Numbered from the stretch's first letter, positions 26,450 through 41,230 are shown. The stretch is 64,000 nt of DNA from Octopus vulgaris (GCA_951406725.2 OX597825.1:48112001-48176000), one strand, 5' to 3'. Notes: a model not told the origin generated them from the sequence alone. Translations and numbers: made by a program.

Positions 26450-29400
26450 ATTATTTTCAGTTCTTTTTTTGATCATTCCAAGTGCTCCTACAATCACTAG
26501 TATTGTAACCGTCTTGAGATGCCGTATCTTTTCGACTTTGATTAGCAAATCTTTATATTTTCTGAGCTTATCAAGTTCTTTTGCCGAGATATTATGGTCA
26601 CAAGGTATGTTCATATCAATGAGTAAACAGACTCTATTGTTTTGGTCTTTCACAACAATATCTGGTTAATTTGCTTTGATTGTCTGATCTCCACATACTG
26701 GGAAGTCCCAAAGAATAGTTATATTTTCTCCCTCAGTTACAGCCTCGGGGTGGTACTTGTACCATTTGTCAACAGTTTCGATTTTATAATGCCGGTACAT
26801 TAGCCAATGTAGATGACCAACTCAGTCATGTCTTGATTTATTACTCTACAGGTGCTAAAACCTTACATCCAGAGATTAGGTTGTCCACTGTTTGTATCCC
26901 ATCGTTGCAGTATCGGCACTTTGGGTCTACACCATTTTAAATCAAACTGGCTTGATAGTTCCGGGTCAATAATCTCTGATCTTGGGCAGCCAAGATAAAG
27001 CCTTCAGTTCTGCCTTTAACCCTGAACTCCGTAGCCACTGATGGGTGTGCTTCTAGTCTACATTAGTTTGTTTGCTACGGCCTGCATATTTACCATGCAG
27101 AAGTTTTTGTTCTCACCTATCAGCCAAATGTTCAAACGCATTTTGCTTTGCTATTGATTTCACCTTCTCTGCAACTACAGTTGCCGCACTTCCATCATGC
27201 TGTTCAACCTGGGTATTATGCATAAGCTCACCTGAGAATAGTTTGCTCTCCTTCATAACAGAGTGAAGCTTCTTACGTCTCTCATGGTTTTCAACGAGCT
27301 TTAGCATCCAGTCGTTAGATGTTTCAAGATATCTTGCCTGTCCAACTGTGGTGGTCTTGTTGGAGATATCGAATTGGATCAAGTCTCGATCTCCTTGAGC
27401 TCTGGGTAGATAAAGATGATCTGCGTCTGCCTTTTGGTGATGCATTGTATTGCAAGTCAGCAGCTTACGGGTTTTCCTGTCAATCTTCCTTATTTTGCTC
27501 ATACTCTAGTTCAACACATTGAAACTGTAAATAACAACCGGGACTGCTAAGGAATTTATAGCTAACACTTTGTTACATGCATCTAACTGGGATTTTAGGG
27601 CTGCTCTGAACTCTCCTGTAACACTCCTTCCTGATCTATTTCATACTTGCATGCTGAATGCCAGAGCCATCATTTATTCCGAGGTATTTGTAAGTTAGTT
27701 CTTGCTCGAGTTCTATTATGGTTGTGCCAACATCCAACAACACTGAATGTGAGGGCTTCAGTTTCCCTATTTGGAAAGTGGTCTTGGCACATTTATCAAA
27801 ACCAAATTTCATCCCGATGTCATCACTGAATGTTCTCACAGTACATAGTAGTCCTTCAAGCTCATTATCGTATTTGCCATAGCGTTTTAAGTCATCCATA
27901 TAAAATAGACAACTTATTTTCTTGTCACCAATTTTATATTCATACTCTGTTCTGTTAATTTCACTTGTAAGGGGTATTAGGGCTATGCAGAAAATTAAAG
28001 GTAAAAGTGAATAACCTTGGATAATGCTGCAGTTGATATTAATATTTTTTGTGGTCAGTACTCCATTAGAGTGGTATAATTGGAGATTCGTATTCCACAT
28101 TGGAACGTTGTGCTTCAGGAAGTTTGAAATCATAGGAGAAAATTTGAAGACATCCAGCGATTTCAAGATCCATGAATGCGGTATGCTGTCGAAGACCTTT
28201 TTATAATCAATCCATACAGAATTGAGATTTCTGTGTTTGTTATGACATTTTTCAAGGAACATGCGATTGATTAAGAGTTGGTCTTTGTATCCATATGAGT
28301 GTCGTTGGCACCCTTTTTGTTCATTGGAGAAAATATAGCTCTGTTCCATAAGTTTGTATGTTTTCTCCACGAGGACGGATATTAAAATTTTATAAGTGGT
28401 TGATAGACATGTTATGAGCCGATAGTTTTAGGGGAATTTGGTTTCATTATTCTTCGTGAGTAGGTAAGTAATACCTCTTGCTAATCAATCAGGTGTTTTC
28501 GTAGGATCTCTCATAATTTCATTGAATAATTGGACTAAATTTTCGTGTGCGCACGGGAGCGAGGCGGCCAGAAATTTGGCACCCAGAGGACTTCCACTTA
28601 TGAGCCTTCGTGTGCGTCATCCTTAGGTCTGCTGTTGTGATGTCTTCCCATTCTTGTTCTGTTAAATTTTGGCAGGATCTTTCTGTGCATCTAAACCAGT
28701 CTGCATTTTCATTGTAAGCATTTTCATCACTCCAGATACTTTTCCAGAAGTTTTCAACTTCTTACATGGTAGCGGGGTCTTCGACGGTTACTTTTTCTTT
28801 CCCTATTTCTCTGTAGAATGTTCTCACATTGGATGTGAACAGCTTATTTTACTTGTAAAATTTGTTTCTCTTATCAAATCTTCGTATTCTTTGAGACTTT
28901 GCATGGACTTTTTGTTGCAGCGTTTCTTTTGCTGAAAGCAGTTTTTTCTTGGTCAGAATCTATGTTTTCACTTCAGCTTTCTTCCATTTCTGGTTTTTAC
29001 ATCGTTTCCACAGATTAGTTCATTCAATATTGATATTTCACCTCTCATTATTTCAATCTCCTTTTCAATTTACCTTCCCAGTTTGGAATTCTTATCAGGT
29101 TTGTATTTCTTTGTTTTTCAGAGGCATACATCTGGTTTCAATTGTCTTAGCAGCTGCGTAAATAATTTCATTTTAGTTCCTGTATAATTTCCTTTGTTAC
29201 ATAGTTTCTAAATTTAATTTGTTTTCTTTTTTGGATTGTATTTGAGAGCTTATGTAGTGGTTCCCTATCATGTATATTGACGTGCCTTACAACTGCTAGC
29301 TTATTTAGGATTTTCTGTTTCAGTTCTATCATAGACTCTATGTTCTTCAGTAAATGTGTAGTCTTCAAATATTATTTTTACCTCTTTCCTCGCTATCTTT

Positions 29401-29560
29401 AACAGATTCATTACAATTTATTTCTCCAGGCGTTTGCGTGTTCTGGTCAGATAGCAGTCTTTCAACTGAGACTCGTGGAGAGTTGCTCCCCTCGTCTGGT
29501 TCTTCATTTCATTTCTCTCTTATATTTATATTTCCACTTTTCTCTGTCACATGACTTTGT
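26450..29560 (-). mobile_element. R4/Dong subfamily C, old degenerate copy
   Basis: Collinear with the 52.8-56.4 kb copy (EQKGC, WIDYKK, FYMDDLK, CRYC, IDMNIPCD) with many stops. Confidence 0.9.
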
Positions 29561-29564
29561 AAAT

Positions 29565-29670
29565 TAACAATCTGGTGTGTTTAATGGCCTATCAATGTAT
29601 GCAGTACGTTTCTCTGCTCTAGGTGTCAGAAAGACACTAAGCAAGAAATGGAAACAGAACTGAAAGAAGA
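29565..29670 (+). mobile_element. Dong subfamily C 3' UTR, opposite in orientation to the adjacent body
   Basis: TTTAATGGCCTATCAAT...GCAAGAAATGGAA matches the reverse complement of 52820-52910. Followed by TAA-like repeats. Confidence 0.75.
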
Positions 29671-29879
29671 TGCTAATGAAAATAATAAAGATAATAATAA
29701 TAATAATCACAACTACTACCACTATTCTATCACCAGCACCATCACCAACACCAACACCAACACAACTTACACCGCCACCACTACCACTGTAAATAACCAC
29801 TTCAAAGAAGAATCAAGTAAATCGACAAAGAGCGCCAGATGAAGAAAGCCCAATTCCAGGAAAATTAACAGAATGATAA

Positions 29880-32360
29880 AGAAAATACAATAGATTCCAT
29901 GGAAGTAATGCAATTCTTTTTGGATGAAGTTAAACTGGAGATTCTATTGTTGAAGACGTGTAAGGAAATAATGGAATTTTCATCAATCTTATAGTCCGTA
30001 GCCTTTCAGATTTGTGAGTAACTTGTTTGAGCAAAACAGGTTTGGTACTTTAAAAACATGTAAAAAGAACGTGTAGCCATTTACTCAAATTATTTCACGA
30101 AATATCCCAACACTCAATATTTGCTTAATCTGAGATTTTGATCGAGCTTTCGAACTTCAAAGAAATCAAGATGCTTGTGAAAAAGGGGGTATCGAAATGG
30201 GTTTCAGATAACAATAACGTGCTAATACAACATTCACAACCACTAATCTGGCGTGTTGGCAAGATTATTGCAGTGAAAGAACGGTTACAGAACTAGTCCT
30301 TAGCAAAGGGGCTGCAGGTGCCTAAAGAGCAGAGGCAATGGATCAGTTCCGGCTGACATTCTTCCTCCTATAAAAAGGATAGAATATTTTATGGGTGTTA
30401 GCAAGAAGAATAAGGTTCCATGCAATAAATGAATTTATACACAAACCAGTTAAGAAAGCCGGTGTCCTGGGACTTCCAGGCTGCTTTGAGATGAGTTGCA
30501 GCTCTATTTAGCATGTTAAGAGGGGAAGAAAACATCTTCACGTTGTCTGGCCTAACTTGACAAATACATAGAAGTCTGTACTGATGCACGAAATATTTGA
30601 AATTTTGTTCACTCTTAGACATATGAGGAGGGACCTACTAATGCAACGTTCTAGATTGATGGTTATGAGGTTTATCACTAACGATTTTAAGACCAGCTGG
30701 CAAATACTGGAAATAAGTGTCATGATGGATGTGCCATTCATTCACTTTTCATCATGATGGCTATGGTGTCGGCATTGCGAATTGTCAGAAGCTGCTCTGA
30801 AGGGATGAATGTAGGAAGACATCTGGCACAACCAACTGTGCATAATTTTATGGATGACATTATTGTTGTAGTGTAAGCATGAAAGGGAGCAAAAAGTTTC
30901 TTTGTGTGATTGGAAGAGTTATTCCAGCAATGTAACTCTATACCAAAATAGACGCAGTCTGTCCAAAATACATAGGCAAGTTAAGGATATAAGCAATTAA
31001 GATTCTTGGTCGTATCTATGTAGTAACCTTAAGTGAAGCTTAGAGTGGGTATTGAGATGGTGAGTGTCAAGTTTAGAACATTGTATACTGCAGTTTGGTA
31101 AAGAAGTTTAAGGTGTGGTGTTATCAACACCGCCTTTAACAAGGCATTTATGATCATTCGTAGAGTCTGAAATACTATTAACAAAAGTGAAAGGAACGAA
31201 AGAAATGTACTTGCAAGTTCTTACCAGAGTGACTCGATCTCCTGTCATATTCTGAAAGTTGGAATGTATAAGTGCTACTGTGGAGATGAATTTAAAAGAG
31301 CAAAAACGCTATTGCCATATGAAGCAAAAGATCCAATAGTTGGTGCGGCTCAGCTATTTGTGCTGATACGAAGTAAACGGATAATGACAAATTTTGAGAT
31401 GGAAGTGACCACCCTAGAAATGATAGATGTGAGACGTGTTGTGCAGTTGAAATGGGTGGGTTAGGGACGGACAGGGATCAAATGGATATCTCAGCAGAAT
31501 AACAAAAGCAGACGACATAATGTAAAAATAAAATCATTATATTGAAGAAGAGGAGTGTATGACTAAGTCAGTAGGGTTGATAAGTAGTGCACAAGCGCAA
31601 CTTAAGAGACAACATAGAAATAGAAGCTGCCGTGGTGTATGTTGTAGAAAATAGGGTCATCCAGGCTGCGATTTCACTTGAGAGTGGTATTTGATGCGCT
31701 TCCATTCCCAGTTTGTGGGTTGGCACTGCTGTTTGACGTTATTATGGTGATCATGTGTTCTTGGAGCATGTCCTGACATCATGTATGTCATCCCTTGTGG
31801 GGTATGACTGGTGGATTATTCAAATCTTGAGTATTCTTGCTGTAGTTGCCTTAAAGCAATAATGTGGCTGTATCAATGTTGTGAGAATCAACACCAAGTT
31901 GCACCTTGTTTTACACAGGAGGCAATAAAATAGAGGAGTGAAAGCAAAGGGATACACTGATTGCAGAGTTCCTAATGGCAAGACTAGGCGGTGGGGACTG
32001 AAGAAGTGCTCTTGTTTTAAAACCAAATTGCAGAAACGAAACAAAACCTTGAACATATGGCATGGTCTAACTTGATTGGTCTGACTGATGAGTTGTCGGT
32101 GACTTTGGAATGATTATATGTTGCGGATGTATGAAAGAATGAGCGTAAAATATGAACTTCAGTATTGTGTGAAGTACGAATATAGAAGTATAAGGTACTA
32201 AAGTAGACACGAAGTGACGTGACTTTTGTAGTTAAATCCCCAGGAAATAATGTGGCTGGCAGTTGAATGAGAAAAGACAGCAATGATAGGTAAACTGGAA
32301 ATGAAAGTAGAAAATGCTTCGTAACAGATATATTAAAGACATACTCTGGAAAGATAAATA
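29880..32360 (+). mobile_element. highly degenerate RLE retrotransposon, HERO-like
   Basis: Remnant motifs DQFR, HLHVVW, FMDD (~30848), KFKVWCYQH. No long ORF. Confidence 0.55.
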
Positions 32361-32399
32361 ACAGAGTGCAAATAACAAAACTTAAGCAATAGTAAAAGT

Positions 32400-33830
32400 C
32401 AAGTGTTGTGGTTATTGCGATCCCAGTTTTGTTGTTGATATAGCAACTACCACCCTGTGGTTATTACAAACCCTATCTTTTTATGGCTGTTGTTACTTCC
32501 ATCTCGTTGTTACTATAACTACCTCCATCTTGTGGTTATAGTTACCTTCATTTTGTTGTGGTTATAGCGATCCCCATCTTGTGGTTACAGTTACTCCCAC
32601 CTTGCAATTACAGCTACCCGAGTCTTGTTGGCTACTTCCACTTTGTCGTGATTATAGCTATCTCCATGTTGCTGTGGTGGGTGTATGGATAATGAGGTTG
32701 AGAGTATGTTGCAGTGTGCAAAAATACCCAGATACTATCTGGTAGAATAAATGCTGCATCCAGCCTTTCTCTATTACACCTTGCTATGTTTCTGTTCAGT
32801 GATAGCACCATGCTCGATTCATATTCAAATTCCGACAAAATATTTTTGAAGTCTACAATATAAATATTGTATCTAATTGATGAGTTGTAGGTGACATTGG
32901 AATGATAATATGTAATGGTAAAGATGTATTCTAAAAAGACAAAAGTGGAGTGCACAGAACGAAAACATTAGCAATAGTAAAAGACAATAAAGGTTGCGTT
33001 ATTACCATGCCCATCTTGAAGTGGTTATCATTACACTCATAAGTGTAAAGTCACCTCCATATTATTGTGGTTATAGCTTTTCCCATCTTGTAGTTATTGT
33101 TAAAGCCATCGTGTTTCGGTTATTGTTACCCCAGTCTTACACAGCTTATGGCTACTTGCCATCTTGTGGTTGTAACTACCGCCATCTTGTTATCGTTAAA
33201 GCTACCGTCAAATTTAGAGATTATAGCTAGCCCTGTATTGGTGGGCTACAGCCACCCCCATCTTTTTGTCGCTAAAACTACCGCCATCTTATTGTTAATA
33301 TCGCAACTGCCATTATCGTGCGAATATTGCTACCGACAAACTAATGTTGTTATGCTAGCCCCATATTATTGTGGTTATAGCCCTTCCATCTTATAGCTAT
33401 CCAATTCTTGCGGTTTTAGCTACGCTTTTGTCATTATGCCCAACTCCATCATGGTGTGGTTATAAGCTGCTGTCATCTTTTTTCTTATTTTGTTCATAGC
33501 TATCCCCGTCATGTTGTTATTACTATCCCTAAATCTCTGTGGTTATGGTTACCCCCGTCTTGTGGTTACAGCTACCTCCATCTTGTGGTTATCGTTAACC
33601 CCATTCTTGTTTTGGTCATAACTACAACCGCATTATTGTGGTTATGGTTATCCTCATCTTGTTGTGGTTAAAGATAACGCCATCTTTTTGCTGTTATAGC
33701 TACTGCCGTCTTGTGGCTATATGTAATTCCCCCACCCCACTTTTTTGCTTTTAATACCACAATTTTGTGATTATATCTACTAACATCTTGTTTTGGTAAC
33801 AACTACACCTATCTAATTTTGGTGGCTGTA
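32400..33830. repeat. degenerate ~21-25-bp minisatellite (CCATCTTGTGGTTATAGCTAC-like)
   Basis: Dozens of imperfect units, interrupted at ~32690-32990. Confidence 0.8.
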
Positions 33831-35158
33831 TGAAAAACCAGGATAAGAATGTTTTACAATGTATGAAAATATCCTGGCCATTACCTGCGAATATGAATGT
33901 CGTACTCTTTTGAATCTCGTCACATCATCGGTTATTTTCTGTTCACTGATAATACGATGTCGGAATCAAATTGAAATTCCGACAAAACTTTTTTCAACTT
34001 TTCAAAATATAAATATTATCCACCGTCAGCTATAGCACTCCCCTGTGAGATCACAGCGTTCCCTAGCTACTACCCTGATTAAGAACGATTGTGTTTTACT
34101 ATAAAACGCATTCAGTATATCGGATAGTATATAAGACCTCCTGCCATGTACATTCGTAGAAGATATAATACATTACATAAGTTATTTTGTTATATACAAT
34201 CAGTGCCGCAAACAGTATTTTACATTTTACATAACATCTCATGCTATACACACTCTGTAGCAAGTACAGTATGTTGCATGTTATATAGCACCTCTTGCTA
34301 TGTACACCGTGTAGCTCATATACTATATTATAAATTATCGAACATCGTTATGTATACTTTGTAGTACAACATTCATAATAATGCATACATAACTTCCCCT
34401 GCTGTATACATTCTGCTACACCCTGTGTTTTATTCAAAACATAATATATCATAAGTCTTCCTTTGCTATATACATCTTACAATATTATTATTCAGTAGAT
34501 TAGAGATAATTCTTCATCCTGGATACAGTCCCAGGTAATATTCCTTACACTGAATTGCAGGGAATTTAATCACAAGACCTATAGTCCCGTAGTCCTCTGC
34601 ATTCTACATCCTTCTTGATATGTATAGCATCCGCTAACTAAGCTGTCTGCCTTTTCCTTCACTTTATATACACACTAATATCTTACAAGTATATACTTAT
34701 AACCGTCTACTCTACTCGTCCCACCACACATTTCACTGCTCCAAAGCAACATATACACACACTTCATGACCTAAACTATTTATATATATCCGCTGCAGTA
34801 AACCAGATTGTTTATATATAGCAGTGAAAAGGGGAACACTAATGTATCAATTTAACATGTGGTTTAACAATCTAAAAATATACATCCTACTTCTTCCATA
34901 ACATATAACAGAAATATCTCCTCACAGCAGAATACAATTCATATGCCCATAGACACCAGTTCAGGACCGATTAGTGTTGAATGTTAACCATGGTGGGGTG
35001 GGATATCACTGTTTAAAAAAATACTATATTACAGAAAAATATATAATTCTACAAATGGTATGAATAGTCGTATAGTGTGTGTGTGTTTATGTGTGCGTGC
35101 CTTTTTGTGCGTTGTGTAATACATATATCAATGAAAATAAACACACATACACATATAT

Positions 35159-35282
<124 letters not shown>

Positions 35283-35476
35283 CGTATGGATGGACATATA
35301 CACATATATATAGAGAGAGAGGTGGGAAAAGGAAGAGAGAGAGTAATACAAAGTGGATCAATTACAGCTTGGCAAATTGAGAAGCACTGCGTGTTTTCTC
35401 CAAACTGTTTGGTAGAATATCACCTGAAGAAATGGAGTGGCTGCGTAACTACATATTTACGTAATTTTATCTAATA

Positions 35477-35989
35477 CTAGTTTAAGAGTTGCACGCCGTG
35501 CGGAATTGTATGCTAGTTCCTGCAAAGGGCTAATTGGGTCTGCGTCCCAAAACTGAAGAGAGTTAAATAGCATGACTATATATGCCCTGGTGGTTTTTGA
35601 TCAGCGGTTAAGGATGGATGAGAATTAATTCTGTAATGCAATCATTCTATTGTTCCAGTCCTAAGTTGAATTCCAGTTGTTGGCCAATCTGTCCCAAAGT
35701 TCTTATCTCGACGAAGCGAATGTCATTTGTCTCCCCTTGATCTCTGACATCATCTGATAAACGCCACCAAGACGACATGATTTAGCCAAGCTTTAATTGT
35801 TAGAAATAGCAACCCAAATGCTTTTAAATCAGGTCCTAATGCTGAATGTTCAAAAACCAAATGAAGGGTATATTTTCAATACCGTGGTCATCCTGATTCC
35901 AAAAAGGTATATGTTTTTGTTGAGCAAATGTAGGATGAGATACAGGAGTTCCCGACGGTCAGACAAAATTTCGTTTTTATTAATATAGA
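35477..35989 (-). mobile_element. non-autonomous Helitron
   Basis: Minus strand: A|TCTATATT 5' end, GCACG-G-CGTGC hairpin, CTAG|T 3' end. No TSD. Confidence 0.6.
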
Positions 35990-36070
35990 TGTTATGTTAT
36001 GGACTCGTATTTGAAATAAACTACGCTATTGAAATTCCCATAACGATATTTTGAACTAGCCATTCGTTTT

Positions 36071-36104
<34 letters not shown>

Positions 36105-36619
36105 CATACATACATACATACATACATACATACATACATACATACATACATGCAGACAGACAGACACATGCACACACACACACACAAGCACACATAAACA
36201 CACATTAACACACAGATATGAGGAATTCCGATAAACACAATTTTATATCATTTGTTCCTATGTACGTGTTACCATTGTGATTGTTTGGAAGTCAGTAACG
36301 TTATTAAGCGACCTCCGGTGATTCTTTATGGTTAAGCACTTGGAAAATTCAATGCAAAGTTCTAAACAGCCACAATTCTTAAACGTACATCGGAACAAAT
36401 GATACAAACTTGTGTTTATCATGATTTCTCTTAGATATGCTCTATATATCACAACTAGTAATACAACAAAGTATGGTAGTAGCTAAAGCACTATACTGGA
36501 AGTAGACTGGATGAAAATAATTCACGAGGAGCCCTAAACTGAACGGTAGCAGCCGTAAATCTATTTCTACACATAAAACAGACGATATATATATATCTGT
36601 CTCCTGTCCAAGCTTGATT

Positions 36620-36940
36620 TATGCGTTCGCCACCACAACCTCGTTTAGGCTTAGCAGCACTTCTTGTTTGTTTTGACTGTCCTGTTTGTGTTATCAATTT
36701 TGATCCTCCGCAAAATCTCAACTTTTATTTAATTTGCTTTTCGGGAGCAGCTGTTTTATCTAAAGCGTATCTTGTTAAATGCTCGAAATACGAGAGTAGA
36801 AAAACAGCCAACAACTGATTTTGTGTTGTTTGCCTTGTTTTCCATTTGCCTCTTCCGTTGTTCGAAAAAATAGTTTACATTCCATGTACTCGTATTTCGT
36901 ATTTTTTGTTGTACACATTTCGTGATGTCCTGTGCCCCCA
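36620..36940 (+). repeat. dispersed repeat, inverse homolog of 43655-43960
   Basis: Shared CTCCGCAAA, GGGAGCA(G/A)CTGTTTT, GCTCGAAAT, AACAGCC.ACAACTGAT blocks. Confidence 0.7.
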
Positions 36941-36941
36941 C

Positions 36942-36985
<44 letters not shown>

Positions 36986-37023
36986 CGTATAGATTTAAGT
37001 ATGTACATATACGTATGTATATA

Positions 37024-37069
<46 letters not shown>

Positions 37070-37078
<9 letters not shown>

Positions 37079-37432
37079 GGCAGTTTGTCTGTGTGTGTTT
37101 CTGTGTGTCTGTCAGGTTGTACCCTCACCCTGACCACGGCTTTCAACCGATTCTGATGAAACTTGACACACACATAGCCCAATGTCATAATTCAAAACTA
37201 ACGCAGCGAAAATTTTGAAAAGTTCCCCCAGTTCTGAAAAAAATCGATAAATTCGACATGGAGTCGAGAATCAGAAACACAAACCACAGACTGTCTAGGG
37301 GACGCAACTCGACCTTTTTAACTAAAAAAAATTTACCATCATTTTTTTTCCATTTTTTTGGCTATAACTCTCTAAAAATGCTTTATAGTTATTTCCCTTA
37401 CAAACTCGAGCAACGCCGGGCGATACTGCTAG
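37070..37432 (+). mobile_element. non-autonomous Helitron
   Basis: Starts in (TA)n with (GTCT)-type repeats. Ends CTCGAGCAACGCCGGG-CGATACTGCTAG|T. Confidence 0.75.
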
Positions 37433-37529
37433 TATATATATATATATATATTTATGTATATATATTATTTATATATATATATATATATATATATTATTTA
37501 TATTATATATATATATATATATATATAAT

Positions 37530-37752
37530 TTTAATCCAAACGGGAAAACAGAAAAAACAACAACACGTGGAACAATTACAGTATTATTATTAATAGGCGC
37601 TCAGGAAAGATGGAAGCAGGAAGGTATGACGTTTCGAGCGGAGCTCTTCGTCGGAAACATAAAGAAGGAAGAGAGAGGAAAGAAAGATCCCAAAGTGGGC
37701 AACAAGAGGGAGAAAAAAAAAACGACTGGTGTTTACGAAGTACACATGGTGA
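37530..37752 (-). repeat. PLE-terminal-like repeat with hammerhead-like motif
   Basis: Minus 37654-37628: CCGACGA-AGAGCTCCGCTC-GAAACGTC. Flanked by (TA)n. Confidence 0.5.
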
Positions 37753-37760
37753 ATATATAT

Positions 37761-37828
<68 letters not shown>

Positions 37829-38106
37829 TAATATATATGTGTATGTATATATATATATATATATATATACAACACATGCAGCACGTGATGCAGGTGATGC
37901 AGGTGATGCAGCACGGACTTTGTCAGTGAACAGGTCGCGGATTTTAGCGACGAAAATATTTTGACAAATTAAACTTAAATGTTGGAGTGAATCGAACGGC
38001 TTTTGTGTGTTTCTTAAATGGCTTATAAACACCTCCCACGCTGCAATTGTTTTCGTTTCAGCACACGATCTCAGATCAAATTACTTGCTATGCGAGTACA
38101 TCTCCG

Positions 38107-38146
<40 letters not shown>

Positions 38147-38599
38147 GTATGTATGTATGTATGTATGTATGTATGTATGTATGTATGTATGTATGTATGT
38201 ATATGGGTACAGGACGCCACCAACAGTAAAGAACATGAAATACGAAAACAAATGAGTCAAATACTCAAACAACGGGAGAGAAAAATGTAAAATAGGACAA
38301 GTAACCGAACAGAATAAATTTACAATCTATAAGTCTCTTTGAATGACCAATCACTTATCTGAAAAAGCCTTGAAATCAATGTTACAATCTGGGGCCTATT
38401 TCTGACCCAGTGATAATAAAAAGACTCAAAGGAGGTCTGTAACCAAATAACTTTACTCAAAATAACACTTTGCAACTGAATCAATGGAGGCAAAGATGCC
38501 TCTCCTTTACTTGACAATTTATGCAGCACATTGCAGAAATCACAAACTAAGTATATCTCAAAGGAAACTCTTACACTGTTGTAACATTGAATTACAAAT

Positions 38600-39422
38600 A
38601 ACACTCATCTTTTATCCTCGGGTGACTCTACGGCTTCCAAGACTATAATTGTATTCGTCTTGGCTTAGGAAAAATGACTAAATTGTGGGGGTTAAGCCTC
38701 CATTAAGGAGTTTTACTAATCTAAGAAGTTGAAATTTTAGGAACATTTCTTCATTTGTGGTTAAAATTTCATCAGCAGCAAAACTATATGAATTTTCATG
38801 AGAGTTATGGCCTCATTTATGCCCCCTCACTTTCAAAGATATACTGCATTACATCCGCCCTTATGCATTGAATATAATTTCCAAATTTCATAAAGATCCA
38901 TTTAGGAGGTAAGGCAACCGTTAGGGGGTATTAGAATCCTTATGAGAGGCGGAAATTTTGGGAATACTTCTTGATTTGTATCAATTACCTGTGGCTGAAA
39001 TTTCATCAACATCGGAAATTTATGAATTTTTATGGGGGGTTCTGTCCCCTTTAAGATACTCAAATTCAAACTAAACATATTGCATCATACCCGCCCTTAT
39101 GCATTGAATCTAAGTTCCAAATATCATAAGGATCCATTTAGTAATTTTGGTCATTGAAAAATGACTAAAATTTAGGGTTAAGACCCCATTAGGGAGTCTT
39201 AAAATCATCCAAAGAAACAAAAATTTGGGGTATATTTAAAAAATTTTTTATATTACCTGTGGTTCAAATTACATCAAAATCCGAAGCATATGAATTTTCA
39301 CGGGGCTTCTCCCAAGGCTTAGATTTGGTGTTCCAAATTTCATTAGGATCAGTCCAGTAGTATTCGAGTCTATAAGTAACACACGAACACGTGAACGCAC
39401 GGACATTGACTTTTATACAATA
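38600..39422. mobile_element. Helitron/Helentron-like element with ~240-bp internal tandem repeats
   Basis: CCGCCCTTATGCATTGAAT...TTCCAAAT(T/A)TCATAA recurs at ~38855 and ~39090. Ends GACTTTTATACAATAG. Confidence 0.5.
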
Positions 39423-39450
39423 GGTTATAATGGAATAATTACTATAAAGC

Positions 39451-39697
39451 ATTGTGTAGAAATCGTGGGTAAAGCCAGAACAATGCGAAGTAAATGTAAG
39501 GCAAATCATAAGAAAACACATATATGAATTAATGTAGACTTACCTTGCATTCAGAATGTCGGGATTATGACTCCATTTTCAAGAAATTAACGAATGTTGC
39601 CGATGTGTGTGTGCGTGAGTGTGTGTGAGCGTGTTCACTCCACACACGCTCAAACACTTCGCATTGTTCTGGCCTCACCCACGATCATTTATACAAT
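39451..39697. mobile_element. MITE-like element with ~41-bp terminal inverted repeats
   Basis: ATCGTGGGTAAAGCCAGAACAATGCGAAGT versus ACTTCGCATTGTTCTGGCCTCACCCACGAT. Confidence 0.7.
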
Positions 39698-41230
39698 ATA
39701 TATATATATGACATAGTGTACATTTAAACACAAAAGAAAACTACCTTTAATAGGTAATTTTTACACGCTAGAAGAAGCAGTAAAAACGACCAAAATTTTC
39801 GAAGGGAATGAAAAATAAAAACTTTTACCTTGTTATTTTTTACGGTCATACGGTCATAAGATCATACTGATTATTTTAGCAAATAAAATAATTTGCTAGG
39901 CGAATCCTCATCAGTGACCGTGCCTTAACAATTAACATATAATTTAGAGACAAATAACACGTGTCTCATTATTATATGTTATGATTTTTCAAAATTCACC
40001 GCGCAAGCGCAGTTTCAGTCAGCTTAAACCACACCAATATACAAACGCCCATACACCACACACACACCAATATACAAACACCTATACACACCTATACAAA
40101 CACCGCTACGCACTTTTCAACTCAGTATCCACACCACACGCCATTTTGCACACTCCCACACACACATGCACATATATTCCCACACACCAGCACCCAATAC
40201 CTCTCAGCACTCCTATCCCGCTCTCCCCATACCCCTATTTCACCTCCCAACACACGTATCCCACTTCCCAACCTCTGTCATCACCTCTATCCCATCTCGC
40301 ACCTCTATGCATTTCCCCCACAACATACCATTCGCCCCAAAAAAGCACACACAGTACACATGCACACAACACGCCTGAATACAGACAATAAACATACGCA
40401 CACAACACAGACAAACACATTCAAATTTTGTACAAAAATATACACAATACACACACGTTATACCGGCTCTCTCTTTCACTCTCTCTCACACAACACTTAC
40501 ACACGTGCACACTTCACTCGAACAAACACACATCAACTTTCCGCACAAGGGTTTTACACACACGCTCACACGATAGCCTCACACACATGTACACACGTCA
40601 TACGCACGCACGCACACATACACACACACACATATACGATATGCACATTACTCCACACAACGCACGCGCTAAGTCACTTGTACACATACACACACACGCT
40701 TTTATGCACGAACACAGGCCCATGCATTTTCACTCACACACACATAAACACACACACACGCCAGTACATGAAACGCACATCGCTCCACAAAATGTACGCA
40801 CTAAGTTACTTATACACATACACACACGCGTAGGCCCACATAATTTTAAGCTTACCTACATATACATTCACACGCGCTCACCCCCTCATGCACACACACA
40901 CACGCTCTTCCCCATTCACGCGTACACACTCACGCACGCCATTTGCACATGAATACACGCGCTTGCGCATCCTAGTTCCGCCGGGTTGCCCTTATTATCC
41001 CTCTTTCACTCAGCCTCTTTCTTACGGCCATTTCATCGCGTTGAACCTTGATTCCCTACACATTTTTTCTCTCACCGTTTTTTTTCGTTCTTTCTCCTTT
41101 TCTCCCACATCTTAATCCTTTCTGTCGAAGAGCGTAGGCTCAAAACGCCAAAGACTTCCATTCTTCTCGTGTGTCAAACTAATACACTTCCTTGTTCCTT
41201 CACATGGCTGTCTGTAAATTCTGTAAATTC

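Noticed and set aside
38320-38600. PIF1-like Helitron helicase remnant
   Set aside because: Only vague, frameshifted motif similarity.
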